Assembly (NCBI GenBank): GCA_963841825.1
Contig: CAWJEL010000010.1
Coordinates: 134,903 to 198,902 of the forward strand
Reading direction: 5' to 3'
DNA from: an uncultured Chloroflexia bacterium
Lineage (GTDB): Bacteria; Chloroflexota; Anaerolineae; CG2-30-64-16
Length of the DNA stretch: 64,000 nt
The translations under genes were made by a program, and so were the position numbers. Positions 41,710 to 52,400 of this stretch are shown one piece after another. The notes beneath the pieces are model-generated. The model did not search any database. It was not told the DNA's origin and saw only the letters and a program-made list of their open reading frames with translations. Within the stretch, counting starts at the first letter, position 1; every line of letters begins with the position of its first letter.

Positions 41710-42443
41710 TGACGACGCGCACTCCGATCGTGCTCCAGGCCTTCACTGAGCTTGCGCCCACCTATGAAGAGACCGTCGATCGGGAGGTGCGCGAGTTCTG
41801 CGGCGTGGGCTACCGGGAATTCATCGGGCGACTGGCCGCCATGGTGACGGTCCGAGACGGCGGCCTGGTGTTGGATGTGGCGAGCGGCACAGCCATCAGC
41901 AGCCTGGAAATCGCCGACCATGTCGGGCCGAGCGTGAGGATTATCGGCCTGGACATTACGCCGGCCATGCAAGCGCTCGGCGCAGATAATATCGCGCGTG
42001 CTGGCCAAGGCGATCAGATCACCCAGATCTGCGCCTCAGCCATGGTGATTCCATGCACGGCGGACAGCTTTGACGCGGTTATCTGTGGGCTCGGTACCCA
42101 CCATATGGACGTGTCCGTTCTTTTGACGCAGATCGCCCGCGTTCTTAAGCCCGGTGGACATGTCGTGCTTGCCGACATCGGCGCCCCCGCCCGCTGGCGC
42201 ACGCCGTGGGGCCGGGTGATCATGCAAACCATCGTTGGCTTCGTGCGGACTTTTCGCAGAAGCGCGCGGTGGCAGGCAGAATCCGATGCCTTTGTGAGCA
42301 TACACACGGCGGGCGAATGGCGGAGGCTGCTGGGCCAGCACGGCTTTGGCGAGACCCAGGTCAGTGAGTCGCCGGGCCGCAAGTTCTGGCATCCGAACCT
42401 CGTGATCATGAAAGCGATCAAGGAGCGCGTATCGTGGCGCTGA
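41706..42443 (+). CDS. Class I SAM-dependent methyltransferase
   Basis: Motif I is VLDVASGTAISSLEIA, followed by FDAVICGLGTHHM and LKPGGHVVLAD. The ATGA start overlaps the upstream stop. Confidence 0.75.
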   Translation: MMTTRTPIVLQAFTELAPTYEETVDREVREFCGVGYREFIGRLAAMVTVRDGGLVLDVASGTAISSLEIADHVGPSVRIIGLDITPAMQALGADNIARAGQGDQITQICASAMVIPCTADSFDAVICGLGTHHMDVSVLLTQIARVLKPGGHVVLADIGAPARWRTPWGRVIMQTIVGFVRTFRRSARWQAESDAFVSIHTAGEWRRLLGQHGFGETQVSESPGRKFWHPNLVIMKAIKERVSWR

Positions 42444-44938
42444 TCCGCATCATCAGCGTGATTGCTTTTTTTGCTTACGCCTTCCTACTCTTCGTGATCC
42501 GTAGGGAGTTGCGTCGTCAAGAAGTGCGCTCTTTTGCAGTATTCCTTGTGGGCATGTTGGTATGGCAACTGGGCGCGACTGCGGCGACGTTTACGTCGAA
42601 CCCGGCAACGGCTACCTGGTGTTACAGGATCGTGATGGGGCCAGGCATCCTGTTCGCCGTGTTTTATGTGCAGTTCACCCGGGATTACCTGAGGATTCAC
42701 AGGCATCGCTGGTTCATGCTGTTCGGCTATGCATGGCTGGTGGTTTCAACGATCTACATTTTGGCGGGCGGACCGTATGTGATCGAAGGCATCATATCTG
42801 TGCCCAACACAGGTTTTCTTGTGCCGATCATTGGTCCCGCAGCGCTGATCCAGGCGACTATCGCCTATGTGTTTCTGTTTTATGCCGCTGTCAACCTCAT
42901 CCTTCACTATTTCCGGGTCTCGGATTCACCGGCCCGCACCCGCATTCGCTACCTGGTGGCGGGCCTCTCCTTGGTCTTCCTCGGCTCAGTCTCAAACCTG
43001 AGCGCAGGACTGCGCGGCTATCCGCTTGACATGATAGCCAACGTGCTCAACGCCATCCTGATCGCGATCACCATCATGCGCCTCGATCTTTTCGAGATCA
43101 ACCGCGCCGTGCGCAAAGGATTGGCCTATTCAATCCCGACGGCGACAATCACCGTACTCTATTTCATCATCATTTTTATTGCGGTAAATCTTCTGAATCT
43201 AGCATTGGGACTCCAGACATTTTTGGGCATCTTTGCCGCTGCTGTTGTCCTCGCCCTGCTCGTTGAGCCGTTGCGCAATCACCTCCAAGTCGAGCTGGAT
43301 CGGATCTTCTTCCGCGAAAATCATGATATGACTCAGATGCTTCGACGGCTCAGCCGCACGGTGGCCACGATCTCGGATCTCCATAAACTGACAAAACTGA
43401 TCCTGGATGAGATCGCCGACACCTTGCACATTGACCGAGCCGGCTTGTTGCTTCTGAACAAGGAGGGCGAGAACTACCAGGTGTTGGGAGCCAGGGGATT
43501 CGACGTGTTGAAAGCCAGGGGACTCGGTGATCAGAATTCGGCTGTACTGCAAAATGATAGCCCGATTGCCGTGTGGTTGTTAGCGCATGCTGAGTGTCTG
43601 ACATGGACCGCGGTGCAAGTGGAGCCTCAATTCACAGGGTTGTGGGTTGAAGAGCGACAAGCCATCGAAGCGGCGCAGATTGAACTCCTAATCCCGCTCA
43701 TAGCTGGAGAAAACCTGGTGGGCATTTTGCTGCTGGGGGCCAAACGCTCAGAAGTTCCCTACAACCGGGACGAGCAACTCAACTTGCTGACCGCCGCCAA
43801 TCAGATGGCCGTGGCTGTCCAGAACGCCCGACTCTATCAAACGGCCGTCGCGGAGAAGGAGCAGACGAACACGATCCTGCAAGGGGCCTTCACCGGTATC
43901 CTGGTCGTCGATCCCGACCTCTGCATCCTGACAACAAATCGCAGCACGGAGACCATTACCGGCTACACGGAGCAGGATCTCCTGGGCAAATGTTTAGCGG
44001 ACATTTTTGAGCCGGCAATCTGGGGACCGGAGAGCGCCCTGCAACGCAGTATGAAGACCGGGCAATCGACTTCCCCGACCGAGGTCGCCATCCACGGCAA
44101 GCATGATCCGCGCGATATCCTGTTGGCTGTTACGCCGGTTCGTGACGGGTACCTGCTCAACTTCACCGACATCACGCGGTTGAAGGAGGTGGATCGGCTG
44201 AAGTCCAACATCGTGTCCAACGTCTCGCACGAACTCCGGACGCCGCTGGCTTCGATCAAAGCCTACACGGAGCTGCTGCTGGATGAGTTCGAGGGGGAAG
44301 ATCGGGTGCTGCGCCAACGCTTCCTCACGGTGATCGATACTGAGGCTGATCGGTTGAGCCAGTTTATCAACGATCTGCTGGATCTCTCACGGCTGCAATC
44401 CGGCCGATTGGAACAACAGACTGAGTTAATGGCTTTGGAAGCTTTGGTGGCTGAGGTCGTCAACTCGTTGGCGATCCAGGCTGAGAGAGCCGACGTGACC
44501 GTCCTCTGCGACTTCCCTCGCGACCTGCCGCCGATCCGGGCGAACAATGATCTGATGCGGAGCATGGCCAGGAACCTGATCGGCAATGCCATTAAATACA
44601 GCCCGCAGGGCAGCGAAGTGCGCATCGCGGCGCACACCACCGGGGACAGGCTCATTCTTGATGTGATTGACCAGGGGATCGGCATCCCGCCTGAGGATTT
44701 GCCGCAGCTCTTCACCCGCTTCTACCGGTCTTGGATCGCGCAGCAGTCCGGTATCCGAGGCACCGGCCTGGGATTGGTGGTGGCCAAGGAAGCGGTCGAA
44801 CTGCATGGCGGCACAATCGCCGTTGAGAGCGAGGTGGGTGTGGGGACGCGTTTCAGCGTAACGCTGCCTGTTCCCACCCCTGTGAGCGCCACATCACTGC
44901 CCTCTGAGCGCGACGATCGCCAAGGAGACGTGACATGA
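42434..44938 (+). CDS. Sensor histidine kinase: N-terminal 7TM region, GAF, PAS, HisKA, HATPase_c
   Basis: Seven hydrophobic helices occupy the first ~270 aa. The H-box is NVSHELRTPLASIKAYTELL, the N-box is LIGNAIKYSP, and the G-boxes are DQGIGIP..GTGLGL. It overlaps the methyltransferase stop by 10 nt. Confidence 0.85.
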   Translation: MALIRIISVIAFFAYAFLLFVIRRELRRQEVRSFAVFLVGMLVWQLGATAATFTSNPATATWCYRIVMGPGILFAVFYVQFTRDYLRIHRHRWFMLFGYAWLVVSTIYILAGGPYVIEGIISVPNTGFLVPIIGPAALIQATIAYVFLFYAAVNLILHYFRVSDSPARTRIRYLVAGLSLVFLGSVSNLSAGLRGYPLDMIANVLNAILIAITIMRLDLFEINRAVRKGLAYSIPTATITVLYFIIIFIAVNLLNLALGLQTFLGIFAAAVVLALLVEPLRNHLQVELDRIFFRENHDMTQMLRRLSRTVATISDLHKLTKLILDEIADTLHIDRAGLLLLNKEGENYQVLGARGFDVLKARGLGDQNSAVLQNDSPIAVWLLAHAECLTWTAVQVEPQFTGLWVEERQAIEAAQIELLIPLIAGENLVGILLLGAKRSEVPYNRDEQLNLLTAANQMAVAVQNARLYQTAVAEKEQTNTILQGAFTGILVVDPDLCILTTNRSTETITGYTEQDLLGKCLADIFEPAIWGPESALQRSMKTGQSTSPTEVAIHGKHDPRDILLAVTPVRDGYLLNFTDITRLKEVDRLKSNIVSNVSHELRTPLASIKAYTELLLDEFEGEDRVLRQRFLTVIDTEADRLSQFINDLLDLSRLQSGRLEQQTELMALEALVAEVVNSLAIQAERADVTVLCDFPRDLPPIRANNDLMRSMARNLIGNAIKYSPQGSEVRIAAHTTGDRLILDVIDQGIGIPPEDLPQLFTRFYRSWIAQQSGIRGTGLGLVVAKEAVELHGGTIAVESEVGVGTRFSVTLPVPTPVSATSLPSERDDRQGDVT

Positions 44939-45629
44939 ACGGAAAGCTGAAGGTGCTGTTAGTGGACGACGATGCCAGTCTGGGGGAGGCTGTACAACTT
45001 TACCTGGCCAAGGCGGGCTATGAGGTCTTCGTCGCGCGTAAAGGCCGCGAAGGGTTGCAGCAGGTGTACCAGCGTCGCCCCGACCTGGTCATCCTGGACG
45101 TCATGATGCCCGACATGGACGGTTGGGAGGTTTGCACCCGCATCCGGGATTTCAGCGAGGTACCGATTATCATGCTCACCGCCGCGGCCAGGAATCGGAT
45201 CGGGTGAGAGGTCTCAAGATCGGCGCCGATGATTATCTGATCAAGCCGTTTAGCCTGCGCGAGCTGGAAGCCCGGATCGGGGCGGTTCTGCGTCGCGTTC
45301 GGCCGTCCGTGGAAGCTGCTGGGCGGGTGCTCTATGCAGATGGCGATTTGCTGATCGACTCGGAGAAGATGGAAGTCATTTGCCGGGGACAACTGCTGGC
45401 TCTGACCGCCACCGAGCGGCGGCTGCTCTTCCTGCTGGCCGAAAACGCCGGCCGCATCCTCCCTAACTCCCGCATCCTGGAGAGTGTCTGGGGCCCGGAA
45501 TTCGGGGGCCAGACAGATTACGTGAAGCTGTATGTCTGGCGCCTGCGCCAGAAGATTGAACTCCAACCTGATCAACCCAAGTACCTCCTGACCGAACGCG
45601 GGATTGGCTACCGGTTCGCGAAAGGGTAA
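44935..45629 (+). CDS. OmpR-family response regulator (one frameshift as sequenced)
   Basis: The receiver domain reads KVLLVDDD..DLVILDVMMPDMDGWEV..IIMLTA. After ~45180 (a missing C) the sequence continues as ..GQESDRVRGLKIGADDYLIKPF and the winged-helix C-terminus LTATERRLLFLLAENAGRIL..YVWRLRQKIE..TERGIGYRF. The ATGA start overlaps the kinase stop. Confidence 0.8.
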
Positions 45630-45663
45630 GCCGTCGCAGCGTGTTCGTCCCACACGATTCACA

Positions 45664-45700
45664 CAAGGCTCGCCAGGTCAATTGATCTGGCGAGCCTTTT
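45664..45700 (+). terminator. Rho-independent terminator
   Basis: aaggctcgccag gtcaattgat ctggcgagcctt forms a 12-bp perfect stem, followed by ttg. Confidence 0.7.
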
Positions 45701-45753
45701 GCTGCGGTAGAACCTGCGTCATGCTATCCGAAGCAAATTGCGCAAGCCCCGTA

Positions 45754-45785
45754 TTGTAACCAACTATTAACCTCCTGGTTACGCT
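45754..45785 (+). promoter_or_regulatory. Copy of recurrent 32-nt motif
   Basis: ttgtaacc aactattaac ctcctgg ttacgct. Its first 18 nt match the 33874 copy at 16/18. It starts 54 nt upstream of ATG 45808. Confidence 0.4.
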
Positions 45786-45807
45786 GTGGTGACTTTGACC
45801 TGCTAAG

Positions 45808-46344
45808 ATGGCAGATACAAGGTGGCTGAATGTTCGCGTTGGGACGCCTTTGGGGGTAATTCGATTGTATCGAGACCAGATTCTTGTGGTGGAGGATGAT
45901 GAGAACATCCGATCAGCGGTGGCATACTGCCTCAGGAGGAGTGGCTATATCGTTCTCCTCTCCGGCGATGGCAGCGATGCATGGGCGCGCCTCCACGAGA
46001 AGGAGATCAGTCTGGTCATCCTGGATTTGTCGCTTCCGAAAATGGACGGCTTCCAGCTTCTGGAACTCCTGCGAGCGGAGACTGAGCTCAAGGGGGTTGC
46101 GTCGATCATCCTGACGGCATTTGAGGACGAGGCGAATCGCCGAAGGAGTTACGAACTGGGGGCCAAGCGTTTTATGACCAAACCCTTCAGCCCGCGCGAG
46201 TTGGTGGCCGCTGTTGGTGAGGTGATAGGCCCTCCCATTGCCGACGGGAAACGCAGACCTCCGGGTGGTCCCGCCCCCGGAACGAAGCTGAAGCCACCGC
46301 TTGCGGCTGGCATGGGCGGGACTCTGACCCAGGCGAAGCTGTAG
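45808..46344 (+). CDS. Stand-alone CheY-like receiver protein with Pro/Gly-rich tail
   Basis: ILVVEDDENIRSAV..ISLVILDLSLPKMDGFQLL..IILTAFED..GAKRFMTKPFSPREL. The start is uncertain; the alternative is TTG 45868. Confidence 0.75.
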   Translation: MADTRWLNVRVGTPLGVIRLYRDQILVVEDDENIRSAVAYCLRRSGYIVLLSGDGSDAWARLHEKEISLVILDLSLPKMDGFQLLELLRAETELKGVASIILTAFEDEANRRRSYELGAKRFMTKPFSPRELVAAVGEVIGPPIADGKRRPPGGPAPGTKLKPPLAAGMGGTLTQAKL

Positions 46345-46479
46345 CATAGATGACATTGAGAGCGTAAATATAGAACAGGTAGCGCACATACTTACACATA
46401 GGACGTTGTCCCTGTATGATCGTTCCGAAAAAGAATTACGTTTTCGTTCAATCGCAGGTATTGCGACGAGGAGGAGAAA

Positions 46480-49400
46480 ATGCGTAACAAAACATTGACC
46501 TTGCTTTCCACCGTGATCATCATCGCGGCGCTGCTGCTACCCGGTGTGTCCGCGGCAAGCGCGCAACCTGCAGCGCTGGCCAGCCCGGCCGCCGTCCACG
46601 CGCCGCCGCGGCCCTGGCGAGACCTGCCAGATCTTGCAGCCCGGCCCGGCAACGGCCCTGGATTCCTACATCAAGCAGGACAACCAGGACGATCTGGAAG
46701 GGCACAAACAGCGAACTGATCGTCAAGACGGAGAGCGGGAAGCTGTATCGCTCTCTCTTGCAGTTTGACCTGTCTTTTCTCCCCGGCGGCAGCCGCTGTC
46801 ACCAGCGCGACCTTATCGTTGTGGGTCAAAGAGGTCAAGGATGGTAATGCCACCATCGTGGCGCACCAGGTGACCTCTTCATGGAATGAGACCGAAGTGA
46901 CCTGGAAAGCGCGCAACAAGGCCGCCGCGTCTTCTTTGGACCACTCTCGGCGGCGACTATGATGCAACCGCCCTCAGTTCGCACAATGTCGTCAAGGATG
47001 TCAAGAACTATTGGGCGACGTGGGGCGTTACGTCGGCGGCTGCGAGTTGGGCGGCCAATCCGGCGTCCAACTTCGGCGTGATCCTGGAGTCCCCCGTCAC
47101 CAGTCCCAAGAACCAGACAAAGTTCAAGAGCAGCGACGACGGGACCACAAGCCAGCGTCCCAAACTGGAAGTGTGCTACACTTCCGGCGCGGTGCAGATT
47201 ACGCCAGACAACAGCGGCCAGGGCGTCTCGGGCCAGACCAAGACCTATGCCCACACCGTGACGGTCGGTTCCACAGCCACCACGGTGGACCTGACCGCGG
47301 TCTCCAGCAAGAGCTGGCCGACACGCATCTACCGCGACACCGACGGCGACGGCCAACCGGACGGCGGGCCGATCACCGGGCTTCCGTCCTTCGGCCCGAA
47401 TGCCGACCGCGGCGATCCTGGTGCAGATCGACATCCCGGCGAGCGCTACGTCCAGTACGGTGGACTACACCACGGTCATGGCGACTGCGAACAGCATCTC
47501 TAGCACTGCCCGGGGCACCACGCGCGTCGGCTCGCTGATCGGCGTCGTGCCCAACAACGGTTCAGTGCCACGGCCGGAACAGGAGTGTTCTACGGCCACA
47601 CTGTCACCAACAACGGCGCGACCGCCGACCAGATCACCGTCAGCGCGGAAGCTCGAGCTTGGGCTGGCAGGTGTTGCTGTGGGAAGAGGATCGCACCGGC
47701 ACCGGTGTGTATACAGACCCCCTGGTCAACCCGCTCTCGCTCGGCCCCGGCGAATCGTATCCGATCGTCGTGGAGGTGCGGGTGCCTGCGGCGCACCGCC
47801 GGCATGGTGGATCATACCGTTGTCCGAGCGACCTCTGGCAACGAGCCCGGTATTTCCGGTTCAGCCACGGACACCACCGAGGTCTTCGTCAACGCGCCGC
47901 CGGTAATCGACGGCAAGTATGACCAGATCTTACTCGGACCTCGCCAGACGCGCACGAGGTCTGCTACGTGATGGACGGCCAGATCCTTGGCAGGCTGGCC
48001 AGCTACTACCAGCCAGCGGGCGACTCCGTGTACATGGTGCTGGCGCTCGACAAGGGATTTGTCGACAACACCTATGGCACGAACGTCATCGGCTGGCCTA
48101 GCGGCCACAGCTTCGGCAACCTCGTTGGCTCCGACAAAGCCCAGTTCTATGGTTACGATACCAACGGCACGAAGGTGTTGGACTTCGAGATGGATTATGT
48201 GGATGACCAGACTGGCGCACCGTCTGGCTACGCGTCCCTGGGTGTGGGCGGTGGCGAGGGCGGACTGAACGTGAAGCCGTACCGCGACGGTTGCCAGTTT
48301 CCCCAGTGGGGCACGTCGATTGACTACAGCCTGAACGACACCGGCTATTGCACCGGCGGTGACTGCTCGGCCGGCGGCACTGACCTGCTGGTAAACTCGC
48401 CTGTCACCAATGAGTTGTACACCCCGAACCCGACCTACCCGGATTGGATCTACGACGTCATCTACGAGATTAAGATCGCTAAGTCGGCTTTCGGCCCGGC
48501 GGGCTTCGGGGCGATCTAGATTCCCTACGTCCACGCCTCGCCCTCCAAGGCCGGTACAGAATACGCTTGTCCCCGAGCCGGTCCCATGCGACAATCAGAT
48601 CGGTGATACTGTTTGGCACGATCTGAACCACGACGGCGTCCAGGACCCGGGGAACCGGGCATCGACGGCGTCCAGTTGAAACTCTATAGCGACAGCAACG
48701 GCGACGGCATCTGGAATGCGGACGATCGATCAGGTGGTCGGCACGCGCACCACCGCCAGTGGCGGCCACTACCTGTTCCAGACGATCCCCGCGGGCGACT
48801 ACTTTGTCAAGGTAGTGGACAGCACCGTGCCCGTCGACTACGTCTTGACCACCGACAACGATCCCACGCCGCTCATCAGCCTGACCGAAGGGCAAAGCTA
48901 CCTGCAGGCCGATTTCGGCTACACTGCGGCATACGGCGAGCTGGAGATCACCAAGACGTTGAACAGTTCGCCGCCGTTCTACGTGGGGCAGGAGATCGAC
49001 TTCACGATTGAGATCAGGAACGCCGGCTCCACAATCGTCACAGTGCTGCCGTTGGAGGACTACTACGACCCGACGACACTGGAATTCGTCTAGCGCGACG
49101 CCGGTCCCGGTGGACGCGGCCAATGACGGCGTGCTGAATTGGAGCGATCTGACCGGGGCGGCCCCGTCTGGCTTCGGTCACGACCTGGGTCCTGACGAGA
49201 CATTCACGATCGATGTGCGCTTCCGTGCGCTGCAACCCACGACGATGGCCGCGGCGAGCGCGGCGGTGGCCGCCGGCCTGGACGCAGAGCCGGTCGTGGA
49301 CGGGCGGCTGGACATGGGCTACACCTACGTCGGTCAGTTGAGCGCGGTCGGGCGCCCGGCGGCCCTCTGTATGGCTATCAGGGTGCCAACATGTGCTACT

Positions 49401-52400
49401 ACGCCTTCGTGCTGGACCGCCAGTACACGGCAACATCTACGCAGACAGCGACAATGCCTACTTGGCGCTGGGTGGCCAGACCAACTCGCGTCATAAGTTC
49501 GGCGACCTGCTGGGCAGCGATAATTTCAACTTCAACATCAGCTCGCCGGGCGGCAACTACACCAACCTGGGGCTGAATCTGCTCGCCGGCACGACTGGCG
49601 CGTGGACTTCGGGGCAGACGGGCAAGGATGGCTCCAAGCTGCCGGGCACGACGGTGATCGCTGATGCGATGACGTCACTGCACTGGAACCTGGAGAACTC
49701 GGGCTGGACCGACCTGACCCATTCGCCGGCGTACAACTACAACCAGATCTCCGGCAACGAGTGGGAATGGAACATCATCTACGAGTTCTCGATTCCTAAG
49801 AGCCAGCTTGGTGACCAGTGTGGGACGGTGACCCTTGATTCAGCGCACATTTCCCCCGGTGTATATGATGATAAGCTCGCCACGATCGGCGATCGCGGTG
49901 TGGGCCGATGCCAACGAGAACGGAGCGCAGGACGCGGGTGAGGTCGGTCTGCCGGGCGTTGTCGTCAACCTGTACCAGGGCAACACCCTGGTGCGCACCA
50001 CCGAGACGGCCCCTGGCCCTAGCGGCTACTACATCTTCGCCAATCTGCCGGCTGGCAACTACACTGTCAACGTGGACGAGAGCACGCTGCCGGCGGGGTG
50101 GGCGCTCACCAGCGGCAACGAACCGAAGACCGTGACCGTGACCGCGGGTCAGAAGTACGACACGGCCGACTTTGGCTACAAGCCGATCGGCACGGCCAGC
50201 ATCGGCGACCGGGTGTTTTACGATCTGGACGGCAGCGGCATGCCTGACGATGGGACCGAACCGGGCATCAACGGCGTGACAGTCAACCTTTACGCCGGCG
50301 CATGCACCGGTGGTCTGCTCGAAGACACGATGATCACGACGGGCAACGGTGACTACAACTTCACCGATCTGCCGGCGGGCGCCTACTGCGTCGAGGTGGA
50401 CGAAAACAGCCTGCCGGCCGGCTACACCCTGACCACAGGCAACGAGCCCATGACCGTGACCGTGCAGGATGGGGAGAATTACACCGCTGCCGACTTCGGG
50501 TATCGCGCTGAGTTGTCCGGCGGGCACCCCGAACCTGGCGACCACCAAGGGCGCGGTCGATGCTACTGGCGCGACCTTGCCCGATATGGCGAGCGTCGCC
50601 TGCGCCGAGATCAAGGCGAATCCCGGTGCGATCGGTGACTTCATCTGGTACGACGCCAACTATGACGGCGTGCAGGATGTGGGCGAGCCGGGCATCGCCA
50701 ACGTGACGCTCGACCTGTACCGCAACGGCACGAAGTACGCCAGCACCGTCACCGACGCCGACGGCGGCTACTTGTTCGCGGGCCTGCCGCCCGGCGACTA
50801 CTCGGTGGACGTCACCGACTTGAACCATCGGCTGTTCGACAGTCAAGGGGCGGCTTTCAGCCATAGCGTGGGCAATCAGAGCCAGCCCGATCCGACGCCG
50901 AGCTTCACGTTGGCGGCCGGCGAGGTCTACAAGGGCGCGGACTTCGGCTACTACCGGGAGGCGGCCAGCGGCAACGCCATCATCGGCGACACGGTGTGGT
51001 ACGACGGCAACGCCGACGGCATCCAGCAGCCCAACGAGCCGGGCATCTCGGGCCTGACGGTGGTGGTGCTACGCAACAATGCCGTCCTGTTGTCGGCGGT
51101 GACCGACAGCAACGGCCACTACCTGGTTGAAGTGCCGGCCGGGACGGGCTACACTGTGCAGCCTACCCCGCCTGCGGGCCTGTTGGCGACAATGCCGGTG
51201 CCGGCCGTCATCCCGACGCTGCAACCCGGCGACCAATACCTGGACGCCGACTTCGGCTACCACAACGACAACGGTAGCCCGACCCTGGGGCAGATCGGCA
51301 ACTTGGTTTGGCTGGATACGAATCAGAACGGCGTCTTCGACGGCGGTGAACTGCCGCTGGCCGGCGTGAGCGTGAGCCTGATCCGCGACACGGACGGCGA
51401 TGGGCAGTGGGATGGCGGTGAGCCGATCATTGCCACGACGACGACCGGCAGCGTCTTCGATCCGGCCTACGGCAGCAACGGCAACTACCTGTTCATCGGC
51501 CTGCCGGCCGGCCGCTACCTGGTGCACGTGAGCGACACCAATGCGGTGCTGCTGGACTTCAGTAAGTCGCCACTGGGCGGCCAGACCGTGGACGGGACCA
51601 ACAAGGCGGACCCCTATGCGGTGTACCTGCCGACAGCGGGCGCCAGCGATCTGAAGGCCGACTTCGGCTATTCGCAGAACCCTGGTCCCAACGTGGGGGT
51701 CATCGGCAACCAGGTGTGGATCGAGAGCGTACCCAACGGGGTCTTCGATCCGCTCCAGGGTGACTTCGGCCAGCCGGGTGTGACCGTGGACCTGTCTCAG
51801 AACGGCAACAACATCGCATCGACCACCACCGGCGCCTCGGGCGACTATAGCTTCGTGCATCTGCCGGCGGGGGACTACCAGGTGGCAGTTGCGGACGATT
51901 ACGGTGTGCTGACCAGCTACGCGGTGACGGTGCTGGGGCCGCAGCAGGGGCAGGACAACAACAACCAGAACCAGCAGCCGAACGGGTACGGGGTGAGCCT
52001 GCCGAGCGGTGGCTACAACCTGACGGCCGACTTCGGCTACCTGAAGCCGCCCGTGCTGGGCGCGATCGGTGACTTTGTCTGGTATGACGCCAACCACGAC
52101 GGCGTGCAGGACGCGGGCGAACCGGGCATCCCCAACGTGCGCCTGGCGCTGTACCTGAACCTGGATGGCAACACCCAGATGAATCCGGGGGTGGACCGCC
52201 TGGTGGCCACCACGGTGACCGATGCGGATGGCGGCTATCTGTTCCCGGATCTCGAACCGGGCGTCTACTTCGTGGATGTGGTGGAGGCCAGCAACCCGAA
52301 CGGGCCGCTGGGCGGGTACAAGCACACACTCGGCCCGCAGAGCAGCAGCGACCCGACCGCGCCGATCAATCTGGCCCGCGGCGATGTCTACAAAGATGCC

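Noticed and set aside
30436-50500. Programmed ribosomal frameshifting or transcriptional slippage as the explanation for the many frame changes.
   Set aside because: The shift sites lack a common slippery heptamer or long homopolymer. They occur in both the +1 and -1 directions and number up to about 12 per gene. Errors or decay are far more plausible.
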